Numbered from the stretch's first letter, positions 51,437 to 63,071 are shown. The stretch: DNA of 64,000 nt from Candidatus Binatia bacterium (GCA_038245295.1 JBBRSP010000001.1:160001-224000), one strand, 5' to 3'. Translations and numbers: made by a program. Notes: generated from the sequence alone by a model not told the origin.

Positions 51437-52378
51437 ATGACAACGCCAAACGACAATCGCGATAATCGCCGGGACACCCTCGTCGCACGCGCCGACGTGC
51501 TACTCGAGGCATTGCCCTATCTGCGCCGCTATGCCGGTACCACGATGGTCATCAAGTATGGTGGCCACGCGATGACCGAGGAGCATCTCAAGGAGAGCTT
51601 CGCGCAAGATATCGTTCTGCTGAAATACGTCGGCATCAATCCGGTGATCGTCCACGGCGGTGGGCCGCAGATCAACGAACTGCTTGAGAAGCTCGGTGTG
51701 CAGTCGCGATTCGTGCGCGGCATGCGTGTCACCGATCAGGCGACCATGGATGTCGTGGAAATGGTGCTCGGCAAGATCAGCAACGAGATCGTCAGTCTGA
51801 TCAATCGCCAGGGCGGCAAGGCCGTTGGGCTTTCCGGCAAGGACGGCGAGTTGATCCTGGCGCGTCGTATGACCGTCGAGGACAAGGGCGGCAAAGGCGG
51901 TCGCGTCGATATCGGTTTGGTCGGCGAAGTCGGTGCGGTAAACCCCGAAGTGATTCAGTCGCTCGACAGGAGTGGATTCATTCCGGTCATCGCTCCGGTG
52001 GGCGTCGGTGAAAAGGGCGAGTCCTACAACATCAACGCCGATCTGGTCGCCGGCGAAGTGGCGGAGGCGCTGCGCGCCGAGAAGCTGATCCTGCTGACCG
52101 ACGTTGTTGGCATCAAGGGCGCCGACGGTGAGCTCATCACGACGCTCGACATGGACCGGGCGCTGGAGCTGATTCGCGACGGCGTCATCAGCGCCGGCAT
52201 GATTCCGAAGGTCGAATGCTGCATCGACGCGTTGCGCGGCGGCGTGCAGAAGACGCACATCGTCGACGGTCGCGTACGGCATGCTGTGTTGCTCGAAGTA
52301 TTGACCAATGAAGGCGTCGGTACCGAAGTCCTCCGCCAAGCACCTCGCGGCGTTGCACGGCGTCGGGCCGCGCGTTAG
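51437..52378 (+). CDS. argB: Acetylglutamate kinase
   Basis: [26 protein letters not shown] motifs. Confidence 0.97.
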   Translation: MTTPNDNRDNRRDTLVARADVLLEALPYLRRYAGTTMVIKYGGHAMTEEHLKESFAQDIVLLKYVGINPVIVHGGGPQINELLEKLGVQSRFVRGMRVTDQATMDVVEMVLGKISNEIVSLINRQGGKAVGLSGKDGELILARRMTVEDKGGKGGRVDIGLVGEVGAVNPEVIQSLDRSGFIPVIAPVGVGEKGESYNINADLVAGEVAEALRAEKLILLTDVVGIKGADGELITTLDMDRALELIRDGVISAGMIPKVECCIDALRGGVQKTHIVDGRVRHAVLLEVLTNEGVGTEVLRQAPRGVARRRAAR

Positions 52379-52393
52379 CACGCGGGTTTTCCC

Positions 52394-53578
52394 ATGAACA
52401 ATCAAGAGATCATCGCGCTCAACGAGCGCTACCTGTTTCCGACGTATGCGCGGGCTCCCTTCGCCCTGCTGCGCGGCGATGGCTGTCGTGTCTGGGATGC
52501 CGACGGCAAAGAGTACCTCGACTTCTTCTCCAGCACGGTTGTGACATCCCTCGGCCACAATCATCCGGCGCTGACGGCCGCCATCGTCGAACAGGCCAAG
52601 AAGATCCTGCACGTCTCCAATCTGCATCACAGCGAACCGCAAGCGTTGCTGGCGCAGTGGTTGTGCGAGAACTCGTTTGCCGATCGCGTCTTCCTCTGTA
52701 ACAGCGGTGCCGAAGCCAACGAGGCGGCGATCAAGCTGGCGCGCAAGTTCGGCGCCGACTTCGGCGACGGGCGTTTCGAGATCGTTACCGCTCTTGGCTC
52801 GTTCCATGGCCGCACCATCGCGACGATAGCGGCGACCGGGCAGGAGAAGGTCCGACGGGGATTCCAGCCCTTGCCTGGCGGCTTCCGATACGCGGCCTTC
52901 GGTGATGTCGAGGCTCTGGCCAAGGCCATCACGCCGCAAACGATTGCCATCATGCTCGAGCCCGTCCAGGGCGAGGGCGGCATCGTCGTGCCGCCGCCCG
53001 CATATCTGAAGGACGTACGCGCCCTATGCGACGAACGCGAGTTGCTACTGATCCTCGATGAAGTGCAGACCGGGCTCGGACGAGTCGGGGCGATGTTTGG
53101 CTACGAGCTCAGCGGCATTACACCCGACATCGTTACCCTCGCAAAGGGGCTGGGGTCGGGCGTGCCCATCGGGGCGATGCTGTCGACCGAGCGGGTGGCT
53201 GCCGCGTTCTCCTTGGGCACCCACGGCTCGACATTCGGGGGCAATGCGCTCTCGTGCGCCGCGGCCCTCACGGTCTGCCGGACGGTGGGCGACGGTGGTG
53301 TTCTGAAGAACTGTCAGGCGCAAGCCTCCTACCTGATGCAAAAGCTGCGCGAGCTGCAGCAACGCTGCCCGCGCATCAAGGATGTGCGTGGCGCCGGGTT
53401 ACTGATCGGCGTTGAGCTCGACGGTCCGGGGGGCGCGGTGGTCGAGACTTGCCGCGACCTTGGGCTCATCATCAATTGCACCGCCGAGAAGGTCTTGCGA
53501 CTCACGCCGCCGTTTATCCTGACGTCGGCCGATGTGGATCACGCGCTGGCGATTCTGGAAAAGGCTCTGCTGTCATGA
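52394..53578 (+). CDS. argD: Acetylornithine aminotransferase
   Basis: NSGAEANE, SFHGRT, DEVQTG, LAKGL, HGSTFGGN motifs. Confidence 0.95.
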   Translation: MNNQEIIALNERYLFPTYARAPFALLRGDGCRVWDADGKEYLDFFSSTVVTSLGHNHPALTAAIVEQAKKILHVSNLHHSEPQALLAQWLCENSFADRVFLCNSGAEANEAAIKLARKFGADFGDGRFEIVTALGSFHGRTIATIAATGQEKVRRGFQPLPGGFRYAAFGDVEALAKAITPQTIAIMLEPVQGEGGIVVPPPAYLKDVRALCDERELLLILDEVQTGLGRVGAMFGYELSGITPDIVTLAKGLGSGVPIGAMLSTERVAAAFSLGTHGSTFGGNALSCAAALTVCRTVGDGGVLKNCQAQASYLMQKLRELQQRCPRIKDVRGAGLLIGVELDGPGGAVVETCRDLGLIINCTAEKVLRLTPPFILTSADVDHALAILEKALLS

Positions 53579-54498
53579 AACGCGACTTTCTCTGCCTGGC
53601 CGATTTCGAGCGTGCCGAGCTCGAGGCGATGCTCGACCTCGCCGTGAAGCTTAAGCGCGACCTGAAGAGTGGCAACGCTGAGACGCCGCTGCGCGGCAGG
53701 TCATTGGCGATGATCTTCGAGAAACCCAGCTTGCGTACGCGCGTGACGTTCGAAGTCGGCATGACGCAGCTCGGCGGCTATCCCGTGTACCTGCAGCCGA
53801 GCGATATCCGCCTCGGCGAGCGCGAAACGGTTGCCGACATCGCGCGCAATCTCGACCGTTGGGTCGACCTGATCATGGCGCGAACCTTTGCCCATTCGAC
53901 GCTGGAGGAGCTGGCGCGGTATGCCTCGGTTCCGGTGATCAACGGCCTGTCGGATCTCTACCATCCGTGCCAGGTCCTGGCCGATTGTCTGACCTTACTG
54001 GAGAAGCGCGGCAAGGTGGCCGGAGCCCGCGTCGCCTTCGTCGGCGACGGTAACAACATGGCGCACTCGTGGATGAATGCCGCTGCCGTGTTGGGATTCG
54101 AGTTTGTCCTCGCCTGTCCGCCCAACTATTGCGCCGATGCAAGGGTACTGGATCGGGCGCGCCAACTTGGCGGCAAGATCAGTGTGACACACGATCCGCG
54201 CGAGGCGGCGCGTGATGCCGATGTCCTGTATACCGACGTGTGGACGAGCATGGGCCAGGAAGCCGAAGCGGTGGTGCGCCAGGAGGCATTTGCCGACTTC
54301 CAGATCAACCGTTCGTTGCTCGACCTGGCGCGTCGCGACGCGATCGTGATGCACTGCTTGCCGGCGCATCGCGGCGAGGAGATCACCGCCGAGGTGATCG
54401 ACGGGCCGCAGTCCGTGGTGTTTGAGGAGGCTGAGAATCGCTTGCATGCGCAGAAGGCGGTTCTCGTATGGCTCTCCGAGCAGGCGCGCCGCGCCTGA
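53575..54498 (+). CDS. argF: Ornithine carbamoyltransferase
   Basis: SLRTR, HPCQ, SMG, HCLPAHRG motifs. Confidence 0.97.
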   Translation: MKRDFLCLADFERAELEAMLDLAVKLKRDLKSGNAETPLRGRSLAMIFEKPSLRTRVTFEVGMTQLGGYPVYLQPSDIRLGERETVADIARNLDRWVDLIMARTFAHSTLEELARYASVPVINGLSDLYHPCQVLADCLTLLEKRGKVAGARVAFVGDGNNMAHSWMNAAAVLGFEFVLACPPNYCADARVLDRARQLGGKISVTHDPREAARDADVLYTDVWTSMGQEAEAVVRQEAFADFQINRSLLDLARRDAIVMHCLPAHRGEEITAEVIDGPQSVVFEEAENRLHAQKAVLVWLSEQARRA

Positions 54499-54522
54499 TC
54501 AAATTCGGGAAGGAAGACGAAG

Positions 54523-55731
54523 ATGGCAGACAAGCCGAAGAAGATCGTGCTTGCGTATTCGGGTGGCCTCGACACCTCGGTGATCCTGAGCTGGCTCATC
54601 GACACCTACGGTTGCGAGGTCGTGGCATTCTGCGCCGATCTGGGGCAGGGCGATGAGCTGTCGCCGGTCGAGGGCAAGGCCAAACGTGGCGGTGCCTGCG
54701 CTGTTTATATCGACGATCTACGCGAAGAGTTCGTGGGCGACTTCGTGTTCCCGATGTTGCGCGCCAACGCCATCTACGAAGGCAACTATCTCCTCGGGAC
54801 CTCGATCGCGCGGCCACTGATCGCCAAGCGCCAGATCGAGATTGCCATCAAAGAGGGCGCCGACGCCGTGGCGCACGGCGCTACCGGCAAGGGCAACGAT
54901 CAGGTACGCTTCGAGCTTACGTACTACGCGCTCAAGCCCGACATCAAAGTGATCGCCCCGTGGCGCGAGTGGGATCTCAACTCTCGCACCAAGTTGATCG
55001 CCTATGCCGAGAGCCGCAAGATCCCGATTCCGGTCACGGCCGAAAAGCCCTACAGTTCGGATCGTAACGCCCTGCATATTTCGTTCGAAGGCGGCATTCT
55101 CGAGGACCCATGGCGCGAACCGTATGAGGACATGTTCCTACTCAGCGTGTCGCCCGAGAAGGCACCGGACAAGCCGGAGTATGTCGAGGTTGAGTATGCC
55201 AACGGTAACCCTGTTGCGGTGAACGGGGAGAAGCTGTCGCCGGCGGTGTTGTTGCAGCGGTTGAATGAGATCGGCGGTCGCAACGGCATCGGCCGCGTCG
55301 ATATGGTCGAGAACCGTTACGTCGGCATGAAGTCGCGCGGTGTGTACGAGACCCCGGGCGGCACCATCCTGCACGCGGCGCACCGGGCCGTCGAGTCGAT
55401 CACCCTCGATCGCGAAGTGTTGCATCTGCGCGACTCGCTGATCTCGCGTTACGCCGAGATGGTCTATTACGGCTATTGGTTCGCCCCGGAGCGGACGATG
55501 TTGCAAACGGCGATCGACGAGGCGCAACGCTCGTGCAATGGCGTGGCGCGCCTCAAACTCTACAAGGGCAACTGCATCGTTGTCGGGCGCAAGTCGGACA
55601 ACAGCCTGTACCGCCCCGACATCGCGACCTTTGAGGCCGACACCGTCTACAAGCAGGCCGATGCCGAAGGGTTCATCAAGCTGAATGCCCTGCGCTTAAA
55701 GATTCGCGCCCGCGTCGAGGGCGGGGCGTAG
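54523..55731 (+). CDS. argG: Argininosuccinate synthase
   Basis: [21 protein letters not shown] motifs. Confidence 0.98.
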   Translation: MADKPKKIVLAYSGGLDTSVILSWLIDTYGCEVVAFCADLGQGDELSPVEGKAKRGGACAVYIDDLREEFVGDFVFPMLRANAIYEGNYLLGTSIARPLIAKRQIEIAIKEGADAVAHGATGKGNDQVRFELTYYALKPDIKVIAPWREWDLNSRTKLIAYAESRKIPIPVTAEKPYSSDRNALHISFEGGILEDPWREPYEDMFLLSVSPEKAPDKPEYVEVEYANGNPVAVNGEKLSPAVLLQRLNEIGGRNGIGRVDMVENRYVGMKSRGVYETPGGTILHAAHRAVESITLDREVLHLRDSLISRYAEMVYYGYWFAPERTMLQTAIDEAQRSCNGVARLKLYKGNCIVVGRKSDNSLYRPDIATFEADTVYKQADAEGFIKLNALRLKIRARVEGGA

Positions 55732-55769
55732 ATTACGCCGACTAGAATCGTAGGGAGCAAGTTGATCCT

Positions 55770-56864
55770 ATGGCCTTGAGCATTGGCATCGTTGGTCTAC
55801 CGAACGTCGGTAAGTCCACTATCTTCAACGCGCTGATCGAGGGTGGCGCCGAGGCGGCGAACTATCCGTTCTGCACGATCGAGCCGAACGTAGGTCTGGT
55901 GGCGGTTCCCGATGCACGTCTCGAACGCATCCGGAAGCATATCCCGACGCAGAAGGTCATCCCGGCGGCACTGAACGTCGTCGATATTGCCGGTCTGGTG
56001 CGCGGCGCGTCGAAAGGGGAGGGCCTGGGCAACAAGTTCTTGGCCAACATCCGCGAGACCAACGCCATCCTCATGGCGGTTCGTTGTTTCGAGGACGACA
56101 ACATTACGCACGTCGAAGGCAGCGTCGATCCGATCCGCGACGTCGAAACGATCGAGGTGGAGTTGGCCATCGCCGATCTCGATACCGTCGAAAAGCGTCT
56201 CAAGCGGGCCTCGAGCACGGCCAAGAGTGGCAACAAGGAAGCCCGCGCCGAGATGGCGATCGCCGAGCGTTTGCAGGAACACCTGGCCGCCGGGCGCATG
56301 GCGCGATCGTTGGAGATGAATCCCGAAGAGCAGCGCATCGTTGCCGACTACTTCCTGCTGACCAATAAGCCTGTGCTCTACGCCTGCAATGTTGGCGAAG
56401 CCGACCTGCCCGACGGCAACGCATTCTCCGGGCGCGTTGCGGAACGCGCCGCGAAGGAGAATGCCCGCGTCGTCATCCTTTGCGCCAAGATCGAGGAAGA
56501 GCTGGCAGGGATGGAGCCGGCCGATCAACAGGAGATTCTGGCAACCTACGGGCTGCATGAGCCGGCGCTCAATCGTTTGGTGCGCGAGAGTTATTCGTTG
56601 CTCGGGCTGCAGTCGTATTTCACGGCCGGCGAAAAAGAGATCCGCGCCTGGACGATCGCCGTCGGCGCAACCGCGCCCCAGGCCGCTGGCGTCATTCATT
56701 CCGACTTCGAACGAGGCTTCATCCGCGCCAATACCTACGAGCTCGCCGACCTCGAGCAGTACGGCAACGAGACGGCGATCCGCGCCGCCGGCAAGCTGCG
56801 CGCCGAAGGCAAAGAGTACGTCGTTCGCGACGGCGACATCCTGCACTTCCTGTTCAACGTCTGA
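55770..56864 (+). CDS. ychF: Redox-regulated ribosome-binding ATPase YchF
   Basis: [30 protein letters not shown] motifs. Confidence 0.97.
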   Translation: MALSIGIVGLPNVGKSTIFNALIEGGAEAANYPFCTIEPNVGLVAVPDARLERIRKHIPTQKVIPAALNVVDIAGLVRGASKGEGLGNKFLANIRETNAILMAVRCFEDDNITHVEGSVDPIRDVETIEVELAIADLDTVEKRLKRASSTAKSGNKEARAEMAIAERLQEHLAAGRMARSLEMNPEEQRIVADYFLLTNKPVLYACNVGEADLPDGNAFSGRVAERAAKENARVVILCAKIEEELAGMEPADQQEILATYGLHEPALNRLVRESYSLLGLQSYFTAGEKEIRAWTIAVGATAPQAAGVIHSDFERGFIRANTYELADLEQYGNETAIRAAGKLRAEGKEYVVRDGDILHFLFNV

Positions 56865-57067
56865 TCCGCCAGTTAGGCTGTTTGCGGGGCGACTCCCGGA
56901 CGGGTTTCTGCGACGCTGCGACACTCTGGGCGCCACGGAGTGGCGCGCTCCGATTAGAGACCATCGGCGGACGTGGATCCCAAATTGAGACACTACCTAA
57001 CCCCGAGCACCCTGTCGTAGGTGGTTGCGACAGTTCAGACGCGCGTGGTACTTTGACCTTGAGGCAT

Positions 57068-57751
57068 ATGGTAGTTCTTCCACCAAATAGACGCAGCCGC
57101 AGATGGCGGCATGGGCTGCTGGCCATGGTTCTGGCAGGGATCACGAGTCGTTCGTCCGTTGCCCAGACGGCCGCCTATGCGAGCGGCGAGAACGATCCCG
57201 GCGCTCAACTGGCGAAGAAGTCCCTCGAGATGATGCGCCAAGGGGAGGAGGAGCCGTCGCTTGCCGCCAAGCGCAAGTACTATGAAGAGGGTTTGAAGCT
57301 GGCTGAGCAGTCCATCGCCCTCAACGACGCCAGCGCCGACGCACACTTCGCGCGGTTCACGAATCTCGGACGCTTGATGCTGCTGGATGGCACGGTGCCG
57401 AACCCAATCAACATCCTGACCGTGAATCGTGAGCTCAATCGGGTTCTGGATCTCGACCCGACCTATGCCGATGCGTGGGCTGCCAAGGGTGGCATGTACC
57501 GCCAGTTGCCTGGATTGCTCGGCGGCAGTGAAGCCAAGGCGGAGCAATGCCTCAAACGTGCCATTGATCTCGACGAACACGCCGTCGGCGCCCGGGTCGA
57601 GTTGGCGATCCTATACCGCGATCACGGCGAACCACACCGCGGCGTGCCGTTGATCGAGCAAGCCATCGTGATTGCTGGGCAAGACCATAAGCCGCAGGCG
57701 TGCGCCGAAGCCAAAGCGCTGCTCGAACAGTTCCGCGCCACACCCAAGTAG
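57068..57751 (+). CDS. Exported TPR-repeat protein
   Basis: Signal-like N-terminus; TPR pattern (LDLDPTYADAW, LPGLLGGS..KAEQCLKRAI). Confidence 0.75.
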   Translation: MVVLPPNRRSRRWRHGLLAMVLAGITSRSSVAQTAAYASGENDPGAQLAKKSLEMMRQGEEEPSLAAKRKYYEEGLKLAEQSIALNDASADAHFARFTNLGRLMLLDGTVPNPINILTVNRELNRVLDLDPTYADAWAAKGGMYRQLPGLLGGSEAKAEQCLKRAIDLDEHAVGARVELAILYRDHGEPHRGVPLIEQAIVIAGQDHKPQACAEAKALLEQFRATPK

Positions 57752-57777
57752 TTCGCCGCGCCACGGCGATGCGCCGG

Positions 57778-58359
57778 TCAGCGCCGGTCTTGCAGTAGAT
57801 TCTCCACGTACCGCGCCAGAATGTCGGTTTCGATGTTCACCGAGTCGCCCGGGTTCTTGCGCAGCAGATTCAAATGTTCCTGCGAGTATTGAACGACCGA
57901 GACGGCGAAGGTGTCGTCGGTCTTGTCGATGATCGTCAGACTGGCGCCGTCGATGGCCACAGGACCCTTGACGATCATGTAGCGCAGTAGTTCGGCCGGC
58001 GTCGTGAGTCGCGCGATGACGGCGTCGGCTTCGCGCGTGAACGAGTGGATCGTGGCGCGTCCTTCGACCACACCACGCACGATATGACCGGAGAGTCGGT
58101 CCATCGGCCGCACCGAGCGTTCGAGATTGACGAAGTCACCCGGCTTGAGTTCACCGAGGTTCGAGCGCCGATAGGTCTCCGGCATGACGTTGGCGAAGAA
58201 CGTATCCCCCAGCACTTCGGTGACGGTAAGGTCGACGCCGTTGATGGCGATCGAGTCACCAAGGTTCGCATCGGCCAGAATCTTCTTCGCCCGGATGCGC
58301 AGATTACCTTGATCGGATTCGACCACTTCGCCCAATTCTTCGATGATTCCTGTGAACAT
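57778..58359 (-). CDS. ribE: Riboflavin synthase (alpha chain)
   Basis: MFTGIIEE N-terminus; GDSIAING, GHIV, VNIETD motifs. Confidence 0.95.
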   Translation of the reverse strand: MFTGIIEELGEVVESDQGNLRIRAKKILADANLGDSIAINGVDLTVTEVLGDTFFANVMPETYRRSNLGELKPGDFVNLERSVRPMDRLSGHIVRGVVEGRATIHSFTREADAVIARLTTPAELLRYMIVKGPVAIDGASLTIIDKTDDTFAVSVVQYSQEHLNLLRKNPGDSVNIETDILARYVENLLQDRR

Positions 58360-58495
58360 AAAGGCAATGTCCCAAATCGCCGCTGCTGAGACAAGGCGTG
58401 GAAGAGGTGGTCGGGGGTAGGGCCTAGTGGCCAGGGCGGCAGCGTGGTGCTCATCCTTCGCACCCCAGATCTACGCCTGACGAGTCAAACCGCTT

Positions 58496-60985
58496 CTATT
58501 CCAACGCTTCCAGCGCGGCACCGTCGACCCAACCGCGGCGTCCGTCGCAGCGCGCCACTTGCCACCAGCCGTCCCGCCGTTCGACGACGTGTACCAGGGA
58601 GCCTTGCTTGAGTGTGTAGTGCTCGGTGCCGCTGGCGGCGGGCTCGAAGCGTGCCGCGGTTGAGCCACCGGCAATGATCACGGCGGTCTGGTTGGGGCGG
58701 TTGCTCCACCACTCGGACGCCGCACTGAGGCACGCGATGAACCACAGGATTGCCGCCGCGGTTGCAAGATTGAGCAACCAACGCGGGTGGGCACGCCAGA
58801 GATGCCACGCGGCGAGGCAGCCGAAGACCAGGAGCCAGAGGAAACACGCGGTCGACGCCGTCGCCCGGGCGGAGACTCGCCCCGCTAGTGGGAAGGCAAT
58901 GGAGTGCCACAAGGACGGAGCGCATTCGTCGCCGCCAGACAGGGAGCGGGCGTACGACAGGTTGGCCTGTACATCTGGATCTCCCGGCTGCAGGCGCAGG
59001 GCGCGTTCGTAGTTGAGAATCGCTCGACCCTTGTCGCCGGCTTTGAAGTAGGCGTTGCCGAGATTGAAGTAGAGCGGGGCGCTTTCGAGGCCGGCGTGTA
59101 CGACCTGTTCGTACTCGGTTACTGCCGCCGCGAACTCGCCTTGTTTGTAGAGTGTGTTGGCTTGAAAGAAGGACGTCTGGGGACTGCTCTGGTCAACCGC
59201 GCGCACCGATGCGGCGCCAAAGATCAGGAGGCTCGCCACGAGCATGGCGGCGCCCTTCGGACTCCATTTGCGCTGCCGCTCCAGGCGGTCGACGATATCG
59301 TGCGCTGCCGTCAGCAGGGCCTGCAGGTCGGCCGTGCCGCTACCCGGCGCAAAGCGCAGACGCTCACACGTGTCGGCGACCTCGGCGACGCGTTGGACGA
59401 TGCCGTCGGCCACGCCGCGCCGCCGCACACTTTCAGCATCCACAGAACCAACTGGCAGATCGAGCTTCGCGGCCAGGTACTCCTGAATCGTGCGCGCAAT
59501 CGCATCGAGGAAGCCGCTGCCCTCATTGGCGCGCAGCGCCGCCTCGGCGCCCGTCAAACCGTCGCGCGCCACTTTGCCGGCTTTGGTGAAGCGCGCGAAA
59601 CGCGCGTCGCCAAGAATGAGGGATCGTCTTTGATCGTAGACACGCGCCGCGACGAACCCGCCTAGAGCGAGGAATTGCAACAACCACAGAACTACGCCGC
59701 CAAACGGGTTGCCGCTGCGCTCGCGCAGCGATCCCGGATCATCCTTGATGAAGATGATGTCGTGCCCCAGCTCTTCCGGTGCGGCGATCTTGGGCGGCGC
59801 ATCGGCAGAGAGAATCTGTGCCTGCTGCGGCTGCTGTGCGGCGCGCACCGTCAACGGGATCGGATCGGTCTGCAAGGTCTGGTACTGGCGTTGCGCTGTA
59901 TCGAAATAGCTAAAACGCACCGCTGGGATTTGTGTCACCGTCGCGTCGTTCGGGATTAGCACCTGCTCGTAGATGCGGAGCCCGTCGTTCGACGTTGCCA
60001 GCTTCGGATCGTAGACGCGGAAGCCCTGCGTCTTGGTGAGCGAAGGCGCCGCAACGTTGTCGAGGTTGCCACGTCCGCTCAACACCATACGCAGCGTAAT
60101 TGGATCTCCGGCGTTCACTTCCGCCGGGGAAGCGGTTGCTTCCAGGGTGAAATTCCCAACGGCCCCACCATACCCGGCAGGCTTGCCCTCCTTCGGAAGC
60201 GGCAGAACGTTAAGTACGAGCGGCTCGGAGCGGATTGTCGACTGGTGGCCTTCGGCAAAGGCATCGTCGAAGAACGAGCCGCGACGCCGCTGATCGTAGG
60301 TAGTCAGCGTCATGGCCGCCGGGCCCAGGGTCAAGGTGCCGTCACGTACTGGCGTCAGTTTGCTCTGGAAGTGGACGACGGAATATTGCTGGCCATCGAT
60401 GACCTGCTGGCCCTGATTCGGTTGCGGAAACTTGTCGAGGTTGGCGCCTTCGACCGGGAGAGTCGGAAACTGCAGGTCGCCGACGCGGATCTGTCCAACT
60501 TGTAGCGTCACGTCGACCGCGATCGTTTCGTTCACATACAAGTCGGTCTTGGACGTCGTCAGTAGGAGGCGGATCGGTTTGCCGGGTGCTCCGCCTGCCT
60601 GCGCGGCGACGACTTCCAGCGTCTGCGGCTCGGTACGGAAGGTCTGCCCCTTGTAGGCGACCTCGATGGCGCCGATCGTGTAACGTCCGACCTGTTGCGA
60701 CTCCAGTGCATAACGGTGCTGAACCGACGCACTCATCTGGCCGTTGACGATGGAGACCTGGGTCGACGGGCCGACGTAGCGCGCGTCGAGTCCGGGCACC
60801 GCCGGCAGGCCGGGGGCGGCAACATCCTGTGCCCCGGCGACGTCGATCTGCAACACAGCGCGTTCGCCAATCTGCACCCGTGGCGGCGTGATCGAGGCGC
60901 GGACGGTGATTTGAGCGGCCGCCGGGTGATGGCTGAAGGCACCCAACAGAAACACGACGGCGAGTCGAAGGAGAAGGCGACGCAT
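58496..60985 (-). CDS. BatD-family protein fused to a BatE-like TPR-SH3 module
   Basis: BatD Ig-like repeats with GAVGNF; YFNLGNAYFK..ILNYERAL TPR; C-terminal GWWQV..GWV SH3b. Confidence 0.85.
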   Translation of the reverse strand: MRRLLLRLAVVFLLGAFSHHPAAAQITVRASITPPRVQIGERAVLQIDVAGAQDVAAPGLPAVPGLDARYVGPSTQVSIVNGQMSASVQHRYALESQQVGRYTIGAIEVAYKGQTFRTEPQTLEVVAAQAGGAPGKPIRLLLTTSKTDLYVNETIAVDVTLQVGQIRVGDLQFPTLPVEGANLDKFPQPNQGQQVIDGQQYSVVHFQSKLTPVRDGTLTLGPAAMTLTTYDQRRRGSFFDDAFAEGHQSTIRSEPLVLNVLPLPKEGKPAGYGGAVGNFTLEATASPAEVNAGDPITLRMVLSGRGNLDNVAAPSLTKTQGFRVYDPKLATSNDGLRIYEQVLIPNDATVTQIPAVRFSYFDTAQRQYQTLQTDPIPLTVRAAQQPQQAQILSADAPPKIAAPEELGHDIIFIKDDPGSLRERSGNPFGGVVLWLLQFLALGGFVAARVYDQRRSLILGDARFARFTKAGKVARDGLTGAEAALRANEGSGFLDAIARTIQEYLAAKLDLPVGSVDAESVRRRGVADGIVQRVAEVADTCERLRFAPGSGTADLQALLTAAHDIVDRLERQRKWSPKGAAMLVASLLIFGAASVRAVDQSSPQTSFFQANTLYKQGEFAAAVTEYEQVVHAGLESAPLYFNLGNAYFKAGDKGRAILNYERALRLQPGDPDVQANLSYARSLSGGDECAPSLWHSIAFPLAGRVSARATASTACFLWLLVFGCLAAWHLWRAHPRWLLNLATAAAILWFIACLSAASEWWSNRPNQTAVIIAGGSTAARFEPAASGTEHYTLKQGSLVHVVERRDGWWQVARCDGRRGWVDGAALEALE

Positions 60986-60993
60986 CGTGGCGC

Positions 60994-62028
60994 TTACCAA
61001 TCTCGCGACGGCTCGGCGACGCGCGCCGGGGCGGCGTGTTTGACGAACTCGTCCGGCTGCAATTCTTCGCTGCGAGCGCTGTCGAGCAGCGCTGCGGCTT
61101 CGCGCTTCGACATGCCATCTTTGGGCTCGCCGGTCTCGGAAGCTTCGCCGCCCGCATCAGCGGCCTCGTCGCCTGATTCCTCGCCGCCTTCGCCGCCGGC
61201 TTGTTGCTGGTCCTTCTGGGCTTGCTTGTCGTCTTGCGGTTTCTCGTCGCCTGCCTGCTGTTGCTTCTGCTCCTCCTGGTCCTGCTTCTGCTTCTGCTTG
61301 TCGTCTTCTTTACCCTGCTCGCCGCCCTGCTGCTGTTGATCCTGTTGCTGCTTGTCCTGAGCCTGCTGTTGATCTTGTTGCTGCTGGTCCTGCTGCTGCT
61401 GATCCTGTTTGTCCTGCCCATCCTCTTGCTTCTGGTCGGGCTGATCCTGCTTGGGCGGCGGTTCCTGGCTCTGATTCTGTTCCTGCTCCTGTTGCTTCTT
61501 CTTCTCTTCCTGCTGTTTCTTCTGCTCTTCGATCTTCTTCTGCAGCGCCTCGATACGGCGCAGCGTCGCCTCGTAGCCCAGCTTCGCTCCGCGCGCGGTG
61601 TGATCGATGCCGAGGCCGCGACGATAGGCGACGAGTGCCGCGGCGTACTGCTTGAGAGCGTCCTGCGGTTTCGACGACTCCGCCGCTTCGGCCATGCGGA
61701 AGTAGGCGCTGCCAATGCCAAGGGCCGTGTTGCCGGCCAGCGTCTTGTCCGTCTCCGGGGCGCGCACACGCTGGAAGCTGTCGATCGCCTTTTCGTAGTG
61801 TCCGGCTTTGTAGTGCGCCGTCGCCATGTTGAAGTTGAGCAGCGGCGATTCGGGCTCGTCGATCAATGCCTCGCCGTATTTGGCCACGGCATCATCGTAC
61901 TTGCCGGCGTGAAAGAGGGCGTTGCCTTCGCGCGCTCGATCGGCCTTGGGGTTGAGCCAGCCGATCGACACGCTGCCGATGGCTAGGGCGACGGCTGCCA
62001 TACGCCAGGTTGCGCGTCGCAGAGTCAC
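60994..62028 (-). CDS. BatC-like TPR protein with a Gln/Asp/Lys low-complexity tail
   Basis: GTGA overlap with the batB stop; TPRs; poly-Q tract; terminal RDW. Confidence 0.85.
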   Translation of the reverse strand: MTLRRATWRMAAVALAIGSVSIGWLNPKADRAREGNALFHAGKYDDAVAKYGEALIDEPESPLLNFNMATAHYKAGHYEKAIDSFQRVRAPETDKTLAGNTALGIGSAYFRMAEAAESSKPQDALKQYAAALVAYRRGLGIDHTARGAKLGYEATLRRIEALQKKIEEQKKQQEEKKKQQEQEQNQSQEPPPKQDQPDQKQEDGQDKQDQQQQDQQQQDQQQAQDKQQQDQQQQGGEQGKEDDKQKQKQDQEEQKQQQAGDEKPQDDKQAQKDQQQAGGEGGEESGDEAADAGGEASETGEPKDGMSKREAAALLDSARSEELQPDEFVKHAAPARVAEPSRDW

Positions 62029-63071
62029 CGTGTCACCGCCGAACGTTTTGACGTCACCACCGGCTGACGCGATTCCCGTTTGCGGTTGCCGAGCAAGGGC
62101 TCGATCATCAAGAGCAACAGAGCCAGCCCCAATGGCCACTGGAAACGATCTTCGAAGCGCTTCTCCATGGTGCTGGCGAGCTCGCGTTTGTCGAGCTGGC
62201 TGATGTGTTCTTTGTAGAGTTGGTCGAGCCCGAGGGTTGGACCGGCAGCGCGCACGAACGCGCCACTGGTGGTCGCGGCGATCTTTTGCAGCGATTCCTC
62301 ATCCAGGCGCGACTTTACCACCTGGCCCTTGCGGTCTTTGACGAAGGTTTGCTGGCCATTGACCGTTACCGGGATGAGGTCGCCGTCGGCGCTGCCAATG
62401 CCGACGGTGTAGATCTTGATGCCCAGGTCGGCGGCGTTCTTGGCCGCCTCGTCGATCTTGCCGTCTTGATCCTCACCGTCGGTGATCAAGATGATCGCCG
62501 TGTGTTTGCCTTGATGGCCCTCGAAGGCCTCGACGCTCTTGGTGATCGCCTCGCCGATCGCAGTGCCACCCTTGGGGATGATTCCCACCGATGTGGCGCG
62601 TAGACTCTCGGCGAAGGCCTGGTAGTCCAGGGTGAGGGGACATTGGACGAAGGCGCTGCCGGCAAAGGCGACGAGGCCGATGCGGTCGCCCTTCAGTTGC
62701 TTGAGCAGATCTTCGAGCGCCAATTTGGCGCGTTCGAGGCGATTTGGCTTCACGTCCTCGGCGAGCATGCTGCGCGACGTGTCGATGGCGATGATGAGAT
62801 CTACTCCCTCGCGTCGTACCTCTTCCCAATGAAAGCCCCATTGCGGGCCGGCCACGGAAACTGCCATCAAAGCCACGGCGGCGGCCATCAGGATCGCGCG
62901 CCAGCGCCAGCGCCGTGTATCGAGACCGGGTGTCAGCGCTTGTACCAGATGGCTTTCGGCGAATCGCGCCAGAGCCTCATGGCGGCGGCGGAGGGCCCAC
63001 CACAAGAAGGCGACGGTCAACGGAACCAGCGCCAGCAGAACAAGGAAGAGGGGGAAACGCCAACTGATCAC
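62025..63071 (-). CDS. BatB-like VWA protein
   Basis: DTSRSM MIDAS, PLTLDY, ITDGE; C-terminal FQWPL TM. Confidence 0.9.
   Translation of the reverse strand: MISWRFPLFLVLLALVPLTVAFLWWALRRRHEALARFAESHLVQALTPGLDTRRWRWRAILMAAAVALMAVSVAGPQWGFHWEEVRREGVDLIIAIDTSRSMLAEDVKPNRLERAKLALEDLLKQLKGDRIGLVAFAGSAFVQCPLTLDYQAFAESLRATSVGIIPKGGTAIGEAITKSVEAFEGHQGKHTAIILITDGEDQDGKIDEAAKNAADLGIKIYTVGIGSADGDLIPVTVNGQQTFVKDRKGQVVKSRLDEESLQKIAATTSGAFVRAAGPTLGLDQLYKEHISQLDKRELASTMEKRFEDRFQWPLGLALLLLMIEPLLGNRKRESRQPVVTSKRSAVTR

Noticed and set aside
58360..58495. FMN riboswitch upstream of riboflavin synthase
   Set aside because: The RFN consensus segments are not present
61200..61560. CTG-rich microsatellite and the 261-aa Leu-rich plus-strand ORF
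   Set aside because: Antisense of the Gln-rich BatC linker
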